Source of the DNA: Candidatus Sericytochromatia bacterium
GTDB taxonomy: Bacteria; Cyanobacteriota; Sericytochromatia; S15B-MN24; JAQBPE01
DNA length: 64,000 bases
Direction: 5' to 3'
NCBI GenBank assembly: GCA_040400605.1
Contig: JBBAPZ010000003.1
Location: 126,507-190,506 of the forward strand
Shown piece after piece: positions 20,521 through 30,364 of the stretch. How positions within the stretch are numbered: the stretch's first letter is position 1; each line of letters begins with the position of its first letter. A program made the translations under genes and the position numbers. A model generated the notes under the pieces. That model was not told the DNA's origin. It saw only the letters and a program-made list of their open reading frames with translations, and did no database searches.

Positions 20521-22176
20521 TCAGGCACGAACGAGTGGTTTGTATTTGATGCGGTGGGGGCGGCTCGCGTCCGCGCCGAGGCGTCGTTTTTTGTCGTCTT
20601 CGTATTCCTGGTAGTTTCCGGCGAACGACACCACCTGGCTATCGCCTTCAAACGCGATGATGTGGGTGGCGACGCGATCCAGGAACCAGCGATCGTGGCT
20701 GACCACCACTGCGCAGCCCGGGAAGCCCAGCAAGGCTTCTTCGAGCGCACGGAGGGTGTCTACATCCAAATCGTTGGTTGGTTCGTCCAGTAACAAGACA
20801 TTGCCAGCAGATAGCAGGGTCAACGCGAGGTGGACACGGTTGCGTTCGCCACCGGAGAGTTTACCGACCAGTTTTTGTTGATCCGGGCCCTTGAAGTTAA
20901 AACTGGCGACATAGGCACGCGAGGCAATCTCCCGCGAACCAACCTTGAGTTTCTCCTGGCCGCCGCTGATTTGCTCCCACACGTTCTTGTTGGGATCGAG
21001 GGTGTCACGGCTTTGATCAACATAAGCCAGCTTGACCGTTTCGCCAACCCGCAGCGCACCTTGATCCGGCGTTTCTTGCCCCACAATCATCCGCATCAAG
21101 GTGGATTTGCCCGCACCGTTGGGACCGATCACGCCCACAATGCCACCCGGCGGCAGTTCAAAATCGAAGTTTTCAAACAACAGCTTGTCGCCATAGCCTT
21201 TGGTCAACCCCTTCGCCTGAACCACCACATCACCCAAACGCGGCCCCGTCGGAATGAGAATTTCGACATTGTCCTGCCGAAGCTGGGTACTCTGGGCGAG
21301 CAAATTCTCGTAATTGGACAAGCGTGCTTTCGACTTCTTGCTGCGCCCCTTGGGATTCTGACGCACCCATTCAAGTTCTTCAGCCAAGGTCTTTTGCCTG
21401 GCGGAGGCATGTTTCTCTTCAAGCGCCAAACGACGCTGTTTCTGTTCCAGCCAGCTCGAATAATTGCCCTCGAACGGGATGCCCTTGCCGTGATCAAGTT
21501 CCAGGATCCAACCTGCCACGTTATCAAGAAAATAACGGTCATGGGTCACAGCGACAACTGCACCTTTATATTGACTTAAATGCTGCTCTAACCACTCAAC
21601 CGACTCCGCGTCCAGGTGGTTGGTCGGCTCATCCAACAACAGCAAATCAGGCGCGGAAAGCAACAAACGACACAGAGCAACCCGGCGCCGCTCACCGCCG
21701 GACAAATGAGTCACCGGCAAATCCCCGTCCGGCACACGCAAGGCGTCCATAGCAATTTCAAGCGTGTTGTCGATATTCCAGCCATCAAGCACTTCAATCT
21801 CATCTTGCAGACGAGCAAACTCATCCGCTGTTTCATCACTGTAATTGGCGCTCAACTCCTCAAAACGGGTCAACAGACCCCGAACCTTGGCCATGCCATC
21901 TTCCACGTTCTCGCGAACGGTCTTGCTTGGGTCCAATTGCGGTTCCTGTTCGAGATAGCCCACCGTTGCACCGTCAGCGAGGCGTGCCTCGCCGTTGAAA
22001 GCCGTATCAAGACCCGCCATAATCCGCAGAAGCGTTGACTTACCAGCGCCGTTCGCGCCAAGCACCCCAATTTTGGCGCCTGGAAAAAACTGCAGGTTGA
22101 TGTTTCCGAGCAGCTCGCGCTTGGGCGGAACCACTTTGGTGAGCCGGTGCATGGTAAAAACATACTGATAACTCAT
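20521..22176 (-). CDS. ettA: Energy-dependent translational throttle ABC-F protein EttA
   Basis: Two ABC domains (GANGAGKS, LSGGERRR, GPNGAGKS, LSGGERNR), ELEWVRQNPKGR linker, C-terminal PHRIKYKPL. Confidence 0.96.
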   Translation of the reverse strand: MSYQYVFTMHRLTKVVPPKRELLGNINLQFFPGAKIGVLGANGAGKSTLLRIMAGLDTAFNGEARLADGATVGYLEQEPQLDPSKTVRENVEDGMAKVRGLLTRFEELSANYSDETADEFARLQDEIEVLDGWNIDNTLEIAMDALRVPDGDLPVTHLSGGERRRVALCRLLLSAPDLLLLDEPTNHLDAESVEWLEQHLSQYKGAVVAVTHDRYFLDNVAGWILELDHGKGIPFEGNYSSWLEQKQRRLALEEKHASARQKTLAEELEWVRQNPKGRSKKSKARLSNYENLLAQSTQLRQDNVEILIPTGPRLGDVVVQAKGLTKGYGDKLLFENFDFELPPGGIVGVIGPNGAGKSTLMRMIVGQETPDQGALRVGETVKLAYVDQSRDTLDPNKNVWEQISGGQEKLKVGSREIASRAYVASFNFKGPDQQKLVGKLSGGERNRVHLALTLLSAGNVLLLDEPTNDLDVDTLRALEEALLGFPGCAVVVSHDRWFLDRVATHIIAFEGDSQVVSFAGNYQEYEDDKKRRLGADASRPHRIKYKPLVRA

Positions 22177-22327
22177 CGAAACCCTCTCATGATCGTGCTG
22201 ACCAAAGACACATCAGTGACTGTCCAAAACGCGTGTGTCATAAAAAACCAACTGATATAAAACGCCTGCCAAGATTTTGATCACCAAACCGCGCTTTTGC
22301 GCCACCGTCGCGCGCCAACGCCTGTGT

Positions 22328-22561
22328 TCAAGAACGCAAACGCCGTTGCATCCACAGACTGCCGACAAATAAAAACGCGGCACACGCAATGTTGAATGCA
22401 ATCAACCCGGGGTGAAACTGGTGACGCACCGCGAAATAGACCAGAAAACAGGTCATTAATGCGCAAAAATGGCCGCTCCAGGCGATCGCACGTATCGCTG
22501 GGCGCGGCATCTGTCTGACGCGTCGTCTCGCAGGGATGTCAGTCTCTTCAGCGTGCTGCAT
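22328..22561 (-). CDS. Small membrane protein (2 TM)
   Basis: Basic N-terminus then two hydrophobic helices. Fills the gap between co-oriented genes. Start uncertain. Confidence 0.45.
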   Translation of the reverse strand: MQHAEETDIPARRRVRQMPRPAIRAIAWSGHFCALMTCFLVYFAVRHQFHPGLIAFNIACAAFLFVGSLWMQRRLRS

Positions 22562-22591
22562 GGCTTGTTCAAGATTACCACAACCCAAGCG

Positions 22592-23059
22592 TCAACGTCG
22601 TTTCTCAAGGGTTTCGCGTAGCCGGATCAGATTTTCCACATCTTCCCTATTGTACGCCAGCAAACGGGACAAAGCCTGGCCATCACCATTTTTTTGATAT
22701 TGGTACCACAACGCCACAGCATCTTTGCCGCTCATACCATCGTGGACGCGCGTGATTCCCAGCCGTTCCTCGATGGCCTTCAATCCGCCGTACAGTTTTT
22801 GTTGATGACACCATTTCATCAAATCAATGGATTGGTAGCGCTGCCGCAAATCGATGCCGAGTTGCTTCCGAATGATGGGCAGGTCAAAACGGTCACCGTT
22901 AAAGGTATAGACGCACAACGCAAACGGCAGGACCGCCTCAAGCCCGGCAGGCGTGATTTGTTCACCAACCAGCTGTATGGTACCGACACTCGCGTGATGA
23001 AACCCCAAAACCGTCAATTCACCCTGATAAGTGGTTTCAATATCCAGGTACAGCGCCAC
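22592..23059 (-). CDS. YprB-like RNase H-fold exonuclease (RNase_H_2)
   Basis: YLDIETT, TFNGDRFDLP, GGLKAIE..LGI.R, LLAYNREDV acidic motifs. Confidence 0.9.
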   Translation of the reverse strand: MALYLDIETTYQGELTVLGFHHASVGTIQLVGEQITPAGLEAVLPFALCVYTFNGDRFDLPIIRKQLGIDLRQRYQSIDLMKWCHQQKLYGGLKAIEERLGITRVHDGMSGKDAVALWYQYQKNGDGQALSRLLAYNREDVENLIRLRETLEKRR

Positions 23060-23213
23060 GGCTCATCCTTCCTGCCTCTCACTGGATCCAACGCCCATCC
23101 ATGCCGCTAAAGCCTACCATGTGTCGCGTCTGGTCGCCCGGTCCATGGGTTTGAGAGAAGGCATAACGGGTACAACACCGAGGGCAACCGGCGTCTGATG
23201 AAAGTGAAGCGAG

Positions 23214-26200
23214 ATGCGTACAACTTTGGAGGGCTGTGGTCGTTTCGTGCCCCTTGAGTCATTGGGCGAGGGTGCCACGGCGCAGGTATTCAAAGCGGAG
23301 GATCCGACGAACGGGGCAACCGTTGCCCTCAAATGTCTCAAAACGCTTTCCCCGGAAGCGCAATTGCGTTTCGAGCAGGAATACCGGCTGCAAGCCCGTT
23401 TGAACCACCCGAATTTGTGTGCTGTGCACGAATATGGTGTCACAGCCGACGGTGTTCCTTTCATGACGATGGAACTCGTTGAAGGTGTGGGCCTGGACGC
23501 TCTGATACCGGCGTCTGTCGCCCAGGCGCAGCATATTTTTACGCAACTGGCGCATGCGTTGAATTACATGCATCAGCAAGGATGGATCCATTGTGATCTC
23601 AAGCCAGAAAATATACGGGTGCGCTCGGACGGCACGTTAAAGCTGATCGACTTCGGACTGTTGGTCCAGGCTGGCCAGCGTGCCGGCACAGTGCAAGGCA
23701 GCTTACATTATTTGTCACCGGAAATTGCACGCGAGCAGCCACTTGACGGGCGCAGCGACGTCTACGCGGTCGGTGCGATATTGTACGAATTGCTGTCAGG
23801 CAGCAAAGCCATTGACGGTGAAACTGTCCTTGAGGTGTTGCGCAACCACGTGAATGTAATGCCGGCGGACATCAGTTGTCGGGTAACGAAAATGCCGTCC
23901 GCCTTTGCCGGTACCATTATGCGGATGTTATCGAAGGATCCGGATGCACGTCCGGTATCCATTCTCGCGGCACTCGCCAATTCGGGCGTGCAAACGGATA
24001 TCGTCTATCCGAGCATGCTCTTGGCACCACCATTGCTTGAGCGGGAAACGATCATAAAACAGCTGGAATCAGCCCTTGTTAGCGTCAGACAGAGTCACAA
24101 CGGGGAAGTGCTTCAAATACAGGGCGTCGCGGGTAGTGGCAAGACACGCGTGCTCTCAGAGATGCGTTATCTGGCCAGCTTGCATGGGTTTGACGTCGCC
24201 TGGGTGGATTGCGCGGTTGAAACGGGTCCCTACGGTCCACTTGTTGCGGCGTTGCGACAGTGGCTCCCGGCCCTTGAAAAGAACGCTCCCGAGGTGTTGG
24301 TGGATGCCGCGCCCTGTCTTGCCTCCCTCATTCCGGAGCTTGCAAAAGACGGTTACACGAGCAATCTGGATACGGAGCAACCGCAGTACCTGATTCAATC
24401 GGCGTTGTCGCGGGTGCTGATCAAAGCCGCGATGCCAAAAGGTGCCGTGATGATCCTGGATGGCTGGAACAACGTGGGCACAGACGTCCAGGATGCCTTG
24501 CGGTTTTTGATACGCAATGGCAGCAGCCTGGGCCAAATGGAACAAGCGACGGCTGATGGAAAACCCTTGGCTCACGTGCCATTGTTGGTTGTCATGGCAA
24601 GTGAAGAGGAACTCGCCTATTCCGGTACCCGTTTACCCTTGAGTAACCTCAACCGTGAGGCCATCCATCGGCTGTTGGCATCGCGGTTGGGCCAAAAAGA
24701 GCTCCCGGAAGCGTGGAGCAAACGGTTGCTGGAATTAACGGCAGGCAATCCGGGATGGCTCAACGCAATTTTGGACAATGCTTTCGCGCAGGGTAATCTT
24801 CAGCGTGCTGGCGCGTCGTGGTACTTGCAAAAACCGTTCTCCAGCACCGACCTCAGTTCCGAACTGCGGCTGCGGCTGGTTGGGGGCAAAGAGTGTCTGA
24901 GCCAGGAGGGTCGCCAACTCGCTGAGGAAGCCGCTGTCTTGGGTTACAGTTGGTGTCCGTCTGAACTGATGGATGTCACCAATCTGGATACCCCAACGAT
25001 GCTGGATGCGCTAATGCAACTGGGTGCGGCCGGGTTGATCATGCAATCCCCGCAAGGGTATGCGTGGCAATCCATTGCGGTACGGGACCTGTATTACGAT
25101 GACATCGCACCTGAAGCACTTCCCGAATTGCACCAACGCGTTGCGCGCTTGCTCCTGAAGCGACGCGTTGAGAGACACAAGTCCTCTCTGCGTCAGAATC
25201 TGGAGCTGGCTGAACACGGACTGATGGCTCAGATGCCTGAAGCCGCCACCGAGTGGGTGTTAACGGTTGTAGCAGATGGTTTTGGCATTTTGCCCTACCA
25301 GGATTTGCTCGTGCTGTTGCGTCGCGGCCTGAGCCTGCTTGAGCAGGCCGAAGCTGATGCGGAAGCCTTGGCCTTACGGGTCGTCTATTTGCGCTGGATG
25401 GCACATACCCACCGTGCCCGCCACGAGTTAACGGAATCCGAAGCGTGTCTCAAAGAAGGCCTGCGCTTGCTTGAACGGCGTCACGATCCCCAACAGGAGT
25501 GTCTTCTGTCCAGTGCGTACGGTCTGGTGTGTGATTTGCGGGGGGATCCAGGTGACAAGGTGATGGCGGAAGAGCACTTCGCGCGAGCCATCGAATTGGC
25601 GACGGCGAGTGACGACCAGGCCGAATTGGCCTACACGCTCGTTGCGAGGGGTCGTGGTCGTCTGCTGGGTGGGCGCACAATCGATGCGATCGCCGATCTT
25701 GAAAAAGGACATCAATCCGCTTTGTTGGCAAGTAAAGGCTTTCAGGCTGCCCGCGCACTGGCGTTATTGGGGTACGCTCGCGTGCAATTGGGACAGGCCG
25801 CAGACCAAGGCTGTGAACAAGTGGAGGCTGCAATTGTCGAACAGGCCCGCCTCGGGGATCACTATGGCGAGAGTTATAGCCTTGGCTTGCTCGGCAACAT
25901 CAAGCTGGAAGAGGGCCATTACCTCGATGCCTCCACCGCGTTTGCGCGCCAGGTGGACATCGCGCGATCGCTCGGGGTTATCGACGACCTGATCGTCGGG
26001 CTGATATCGCTTGCGGAGGCGCAACTCGGACTGGGTCAACTCCACGATGCCATCACCAATTGCGAATTGGCCGAACGCCTGGCCATCGAACACGACCATG
26101 TTCTGGGCAAACTGGTGGCCTGCGCACTGCTGGGATTGAGCCACGCCCTGCGCGCTGAGGTCCCCGCAGCCCTGAAGCGCTTGGCATTCGCCGAACAAGC

Positions 26201-28028
26201 CGCCTTGGAGCGTTCGTCCCTGGAACAGTTGCTTGGCTTGGCCTACGTAATTGACGGCTGGCTGGCTTTGGGACTGCCGCGCCGCGCGGACAACACCTTG
26301 CATCAAGCCCTTTTTACCCTTCGTGCCGTTGAAGCGCCCTTAATGAGCCTGCGCTACAAATTGCTTCAGGCCCGCGTGCTGATTTACCGTGGTCAGCATG
26401 GCACGGCGGGCCCGTTGCTTGAAACAGCGTGTCAGGAGGCCCGACAAATGCAGAATCGGGGCTTGTTGGCCATGGCGCTGCTTGAGCGAGGATTTGTCAA
26501 GCTTCACGCTGACGATGAGCGCTCCGCCCGTGATGATGCCGAAACCGCCGAAGCAATCATTCTTGATTCGGGGGCGCAGATTTTAGCCCTGCGACTCAAG
26601 GCATTGTGGGCAGAACTTGAAGCGCGTCAAGACGATGCCGCGCGTGCCCGCGTCTATTACCAGGCGCTGGAACTAAGCGCCGATGACCTGAACATGCCGC
26701 TAACCAAAGCCGTCGCGCTTTACGGGCAGTCACAGCAAGAAGATCGCCCACCGCGAGCCAAAACCCTGTTGACAGCCGCGCAGCGTCTCTTGGGTGACCA
26801 TGCGGCGCAATTGGATGACACATTGCGGGATGACTTCAGGCAAACGCCATGGGTCGCAGCGATCCTTGATGCCCATCCAACCAACCAGAACCAGACGGTG
26901 TTATCGACTGGCACATTGTCTGATTTCGGCTCTGTCGTGCAACAAATGCAGTCAACACTCGATTCCTTGACCAACTGGCACGAATCTGAAGTCGCGCATC
27001 TCAACCAGTACCAAGAAAAATTGCTGAAGCTGCTTGATGGTACAAGTCGACTTGGTGTAACACTCGATCGGTCAGATGTGTACCAGGCACTCCTCAGCCT
27101 TGCCTTGTGTATCAGTGGTGCGGAGCGTGGCTATCTCATCGCCAAACAGCCTGGCCGCTACGGGGATCTCATCTGTCAGTTGGCCTTGAACAGTGATGGG
27201 CAACCGATTGATACGCGTTACTCTTTGTCAATTTGCCAGCGGGTACTGGCGAACAACAGTCCGTTGCTGCTGCTTGACACATCGGGAGACAGTGAGTTTT
27301 CGGCCGCAAAGTCAATCCTGGCACTGAGCATTCGCTCTGTCATGTGTGTGCCATTGGGGGCGGAAGATAACCCGAACGGCGTGCTTTACGTCGACTCCAG
27401 CGCGGTTGTGATCCACTTTAGTGAGCCGGATCTTCACCTGTTACAGATTCTTGGCCAGCATGCGTCCCGGTTGCTGGCGCAGGTCGAACGCCATGAGAAG
27501 TTGGCGCAACGGGTACGCGAACTCGCAGCGGGTGCCAACCGAATCGTTGCAACGTCGCAACCGGTGATTGATGAATTGACCAAACTGTCTGGGCGAGCTC
27601 ACTTCTTTGACTTCGCCAACCGGGAAATCATGCTGGCAAAACGCTACGAACGGCCGTTTAGCCTCCTCATTTTGACGATGAGCAATCTGAAACATATCAA
27701 TGATCACCACGGACGTCGCGCCGGTGACGAAGCCCTGCGGGCGCTGGGACAGGTCTTGTTGCGGCAGTTGACTGAAGGGATTATCGCGGCAAGGCTGGCA
27801 GACAAAGAGTTTGCACTCCTGGTTACATTGGATGCCCCATACACCGCTCACGAGCTGCTCGCGCGGGTGCTACACGACGTGCAGGCCGTCAGCATAGCGG
27901 ATGAGCGCGGATTACACCTGCCCACCATTGCGTTATCAGCCGGTATGACGCAATGGCAAGCAGAGGATACAGTGATCGGCGATATGTTGTATCGCATCAA
28001 CCTGCCCCCTACAGGTGATGCGCACTGA
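23214..28028 (+). CDS. Ser/Thr kinase - AAA/STAND ATPase - TPR - GAF - degenerate GGDEF signalling protein
   Basis: GEGATAQV, VALK, HCDLKPEN, DFGL, YLSPE; Walker A GVAGSGKT; helical repeats; GAF SVMCVPL..GVLYVDS; C-terminal GGDEF-fold with ADKEF. Confidence 0.9.
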   Translation: MRTTLEGCGRFVPLESLGEGATAQVFKAEDPTNGATVALKCLKTLSPEAQLRFEQEYRLQARLNHPNLCAVHEYGVTADGVPFMTMELVEGVGLDALIPASVAQAQHIFTQLAHALNYMHQQGWIHCDLKPENIRVRSDGTLKLIDFGLLVQAGQRAGTVQGSLHYLSPEIAREQPLDGRSDVYAVGAILYELLSGSKAIDGETVLEVLRNHVNVMPADISCRVTKMPSAFAGTIMRMLSKDPDARPVSILAALANSGVQTDIVYPSMLLAPPLLERETIIKQLESALVSVRQSHNGEVLQIQGVAGSGKTRVLSEMRYLASLHGFDVAWVDCAVETGPYGPLVAALRQWLPALEKNAPEVLVDAAPCLASLIPELAKDGYTSNLDTEQPQYLIQSALSRVLIKAAMPKGAVMILDGWNNVGTDVQDALRFLIRNGSSLGQMEQATADGKPLAHVPLLVVMASEEELAYSGTRLPLSNLNREAIHRLLASRLGQKELPEAWSKRLLELTAGNPGWLNAILDNAFAQGNLQRAGASWYLQKPFSSTDLSSELRLRLVGGKECLSQEGRQLAEEAAVLGYSWCPSELMDVTNLDTPTMLDALMQLGAAGLIMQSPQGYAWQSIAVRDLYYDDIAPEALPELHQRVARLLLKRRVERHKSSLRQNLELAEHGLMAQMPEAATEWVLTVVADGFGILPYQDLLVLLRRGLSLLEQAEADAEALALRVVYLRWMAHTHRARHELTESEACLKEGLRLLERRHDPQQECLLSSAYGLVCDLRGDPGDKVMAEEHFARAIELATASDDQAELAYTLVARGRGRLLGGRTIDAIADLEKGHQSALLASKGFQAARALALLGYARVQLGQAADQGCEQVEAAIVEQARLGDHYGESYSLGLLGNIKLEEGHYLDASTAFARQVDIARSLGVIDDLIVGLISLAEAQLGLGQLHDAITNCELAERLAIEHDHVLGKLVACALLGLSHALRAEVPAALKRLAFAEQAALERSSLEQLLGLAYVIDGWLALGLPRRADNTLHQALFTLRAVEAPLMSLRYKLLQARVLIYRGQHGTAGPLLETACQEARQMQNRGLLAMALLERGFVKLHADDERSARDDAETAEAIILDSGAQILALRLKALWAELEARQDDAARARVYYQALELSADDLNMPLTKAVALYGQSQQEDRPPRAKTLLTAAQRLLGDHAAQLDDTLRDDFRQTPWVAAILDAHPTNQNQTVLSTGTLSDFGSVVQQMQSTLDSLTNWHESEVAHLNQYQEKLLKLLDGTSRLGVTLDRSDVYQALLSLALCISGAERGYLIAKQPGRYGDLICQLALNSDGQPIDTRYSLSICQRVLANNSPLLLLDTSGDSEFSAAKSILALSIRSVMCVPLGAEDNPNGVLYVDSSAVVIHFSEPDLHLLQILGQHASRLLAQVERHEKLAQRVRELAAGANRIVATSQPVIDELTKLSGRAHFFDFANREIMLAKRYERPFSLLILTMSNLKHINDHHGRRAGDEALRALGQVLLRQLTEGIIAARLADKEFALLVTLDAPYTAHELLARVLHDVQAVSIADERGLHLPTIALSAGMTQWQAEDTVIGDMLYRINLPPTGDAH

Positions 28029-28034
28029 CGATGG

Positions 28035-28577
28035 TTACCAATTCGGCGGATCCGCCGGAATAACCGCCGGCGGCTTCCCATAAACGACAACTACACGACG
28101 CCTGTCCAGCAGTTCGAGATCCATCCCATCGGTCACGAGGATACCGTTTTCATATACTTTCGCACCGACCAGCGGCACACCCCACTGTGTGAAGAACTGT
28201 CCCAGCGTGATGCGCATCGCTTTTGCCGCCTCAACGTGAAGCTTTCCCGTCGTATCATGGGTATGCAACGGCGAAATGAAACCAGGCCCAATCCCGACAT
28301 CCGCCGGCACTTCGACCGGGCGCCCCTCATAAAAAACATCCAACTGGGTGTGTATATGGTAATCCAACATTTTTTCACTGTCGGCACTCAAACCGGCAGC
28401 CAAAACCAATTCGCGCTGATTAAACGGTCGTGGCCAAGGCGGTGCTACAGGCAAGCCCGAGGCCTGGCCGACTGCACCACCAGGCGGGGCGGGTGCAACG
28501 CCCGGCACCGCACACCCGGCTACCAGCCCTAAAGGCAAAAGCCACGTAAGCAAAGTCACAACGTTGACATTCCGCAT
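28035..28577 (-). CDS. Lipoprotein with His-rich putative metal-binding domain
   Basis: Lipobox LVAGC. HIHTQL, VPADVGI, LHTHDTTGKLHVE and TLGQFF..WG motifs. Start moved to ATG 28577 so the signal peptide is N-terminal. Confidence 0.75.
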   Translation of the reverse strand: MRNVNVVTLLTWLLPLGLVAGCAVPGVAPAPPGGAVGQASGLPVAPPWPRPFNQRELVLAAGLSADSEKMLDYHIHTQLDVFYEGRPVEVPADVGIGPGFISPLHTHDTTGKLHVEAAKAMRITLGQFFTQWGVPLVGAKVYENGILVTDGMDLELLDRRRVVVVYGKPPAVIPADPPNW

Positions 28578-28971
28578 TGCCTGAGATCCTTTACCATTTA
28601 GTGATGCTTGGGCTGCTGGCCAAAACTTGTATAACAACTGTGAAATTGTCCGTAAATCATGTAGTTGACTTCGATATCGACAAAAAACATGATCGCTGCT
28701 TGATGCTTTTTCCGTCAGAGCAAGCACCCCTAATTAATCATGTCCCATCAACGCGCGCCTGTGCAAGCCGTATGCCAGCATCGGAAACCCATCGCACGCG
28801 CGGATCCGACAACAATTACCAGTCTCAGACGCAAAAGTAGCCCAACCGATTCCGCGTTTAACAAGCTGCGTTGTCTCAACGAGCATTTAACGAACGATCG
28901 GCGAATCTGAGTGGTAACACTGTCCGGCGCAACCAATTGATGGGTGGCGGCGATCGCCCAATCGGTTTATC

Positions 28972-29505
28972 ATGGTCGCCATGAATGCATTCTGGATCCT
29001 GTATTTAGGTTTGACCCTGCTCGCAATCGCTGTCATTCTGCGCTTCGGCCCGTTACTGTGGCGTCGTGTCGCGCCGCGTATCGCTTTGTTCATTGGACGT
29101 GCCTATCAGGAGCGCTTGACCCGGCAGTTAAAAAAGAAGTTTCCCACGCTTGCCGAACGCCTGAATGATTTTGACTTTGCTGGCGACAAACGTGAAGCTT
29201 TTGAAGCGGCCGCCAGACGCCTCCCACCGCACGAGGCGTTAAAACTGCAGACAGAATTCAACAAAATACGCGAGCAGTTCGTTAGCCGTCACCCAGAGGT
29301 GCTGGCATTGATTGGCGGTGCCACGGACCCCAAAACCCAAGTGAAAGCCATTGATCAAGTTATGGCCCTACCTGAAGAAAAACGCCAGGCCATCGAGGCC
29401 GATGTACTGCGTGCCTGGGACCAATTGCGCAACAAATACCCCTTGCTGATGGGTGCACTCGAAGGCGTCTTCAAAAAACGCCCGCCACAAACCAAGTCCA
29501 AGTGA
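28972..29505 (+). CDS. Membrane-anchored helical hypothetical protein
   Basis: N-terminal TM segment followed by a charged helical domain. Confidence 0.75.
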   Translation: MVAMNAFWILYLGLTLLAIAVILRFGPLLWRRVAPRIALFIGRAYQERLTRQLKKKFPTLAERLNDFDFAGDKREAFEAAARRLPPHEALKLQTEFNKIREQFVSRHPEVLALIGGATDPKTQVKAIDQVMALPEEKRQAIEADVLRAWDQLRNKYPLLMGALEGVFKKRPPQTKSK

Positions 29506-29508
29506 CGC

Positions 29509-29691
29509 TCAAGCGCCTTCACCGCGGCTGGCATCGCGCTTGCGCACCCACCACGCGCCCATCCCACCCAAAACCGCGACAACCAAAACCTTGACCGTCA
29601 CCACAATGGCAACGATCGTGGCGGGTCCGGGTGCGACATCCATCAGGGCCAATAACGACACAATCAGGGCGGACAAAGCGGCTGTGATCAT
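29509..29691 (-). CDS. Small hydrophobic protein
   Basis: AGGGGGG RBS, two hydrophobic stretches, 60 aa. Confidence 0.55.
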   Translation of the reverse strand: MITAALSALIVSLLALMDVAPGPATIVAIVVTVKVLVVAVLGGMGAWWVRKRDASRGEGA

Positions 29692-29744
29692 TTACCCCCC
29701 TAAAGGAAAACCACTTTTAGTGATGGGTCAAGTTTGATCCAGGT

Positions 29745-30281
29745 CTAGGTGAGCCGTTTCAGTTGCGCTGAGTCAAACACGTACAATGTGTCATCAGGGC
29801 CATGATAAAAAGTGTTGAGCGCGATCCCGTCTCGATAGGCGCTCACATGACCATGGCCCCCATGGGGTTCCACCTCGACCACCGTTCCGTCAGAAAAACT
29901 GGCGACAAGCAGTTGGTCCTGTTCAACCAAAGCCTGCTCTTCGTCGCCCCGTTTGATTTTTACGCGCAGCGACGGCAAGAAATGACAGGAGTCCACCACG
30001 CGAGTGCTGGGCGACTCTTCACGCGGCCGTTCCCCGGCCAAAAAGTTGACAATGGTTGCCGGTTCCGTTTCGAAGATAACATGCAGGATCGAGTCCACCA
30101 TCTCTAAGCGTAATGCGCGATTGGCACTCACAATGGATTGCGTGGCACCGTGCGGCAACTCACCCAACAAAATCTGATACTCAATACCATTGGCGTACTT
30201 GTAATAGCGTACACCTTCCCACTCGGTGACCTGTTTTTCACGGTCACGCACAATCGCTGCCGGGTGTTGTATCTTGATCAT
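29745..30281 (-). CDS. Hypothetical protein
   Basis: Globular-looking ORF. GGGAGAG RBS before ATG 30281. Confidence 0.65.
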   Translation of the reverse strand: MIKIQHPAAIVRDREKQVTEWEGVRYYKYANGIEYQILLGELPHGATQSIVSANRALRLEMVDSILHVIFETEPATIVNFLAGERPREESPSTRVVDSCHFLPSLRVKIKRGDEEQALVEQDQLLVASFSDGTVVEVEPHGGHGHVSAYRDGIALNTFYHGPDDTLYVFDSAQLKRLT

Positions 30282-30364
30282 GGCGATCTCTCCCACACAG
30301 TAAAGTCTGAGCGCCCATTGTAAAACGCTCCCTCACTTTTGACCACATGGGTTAGAATGGCACC

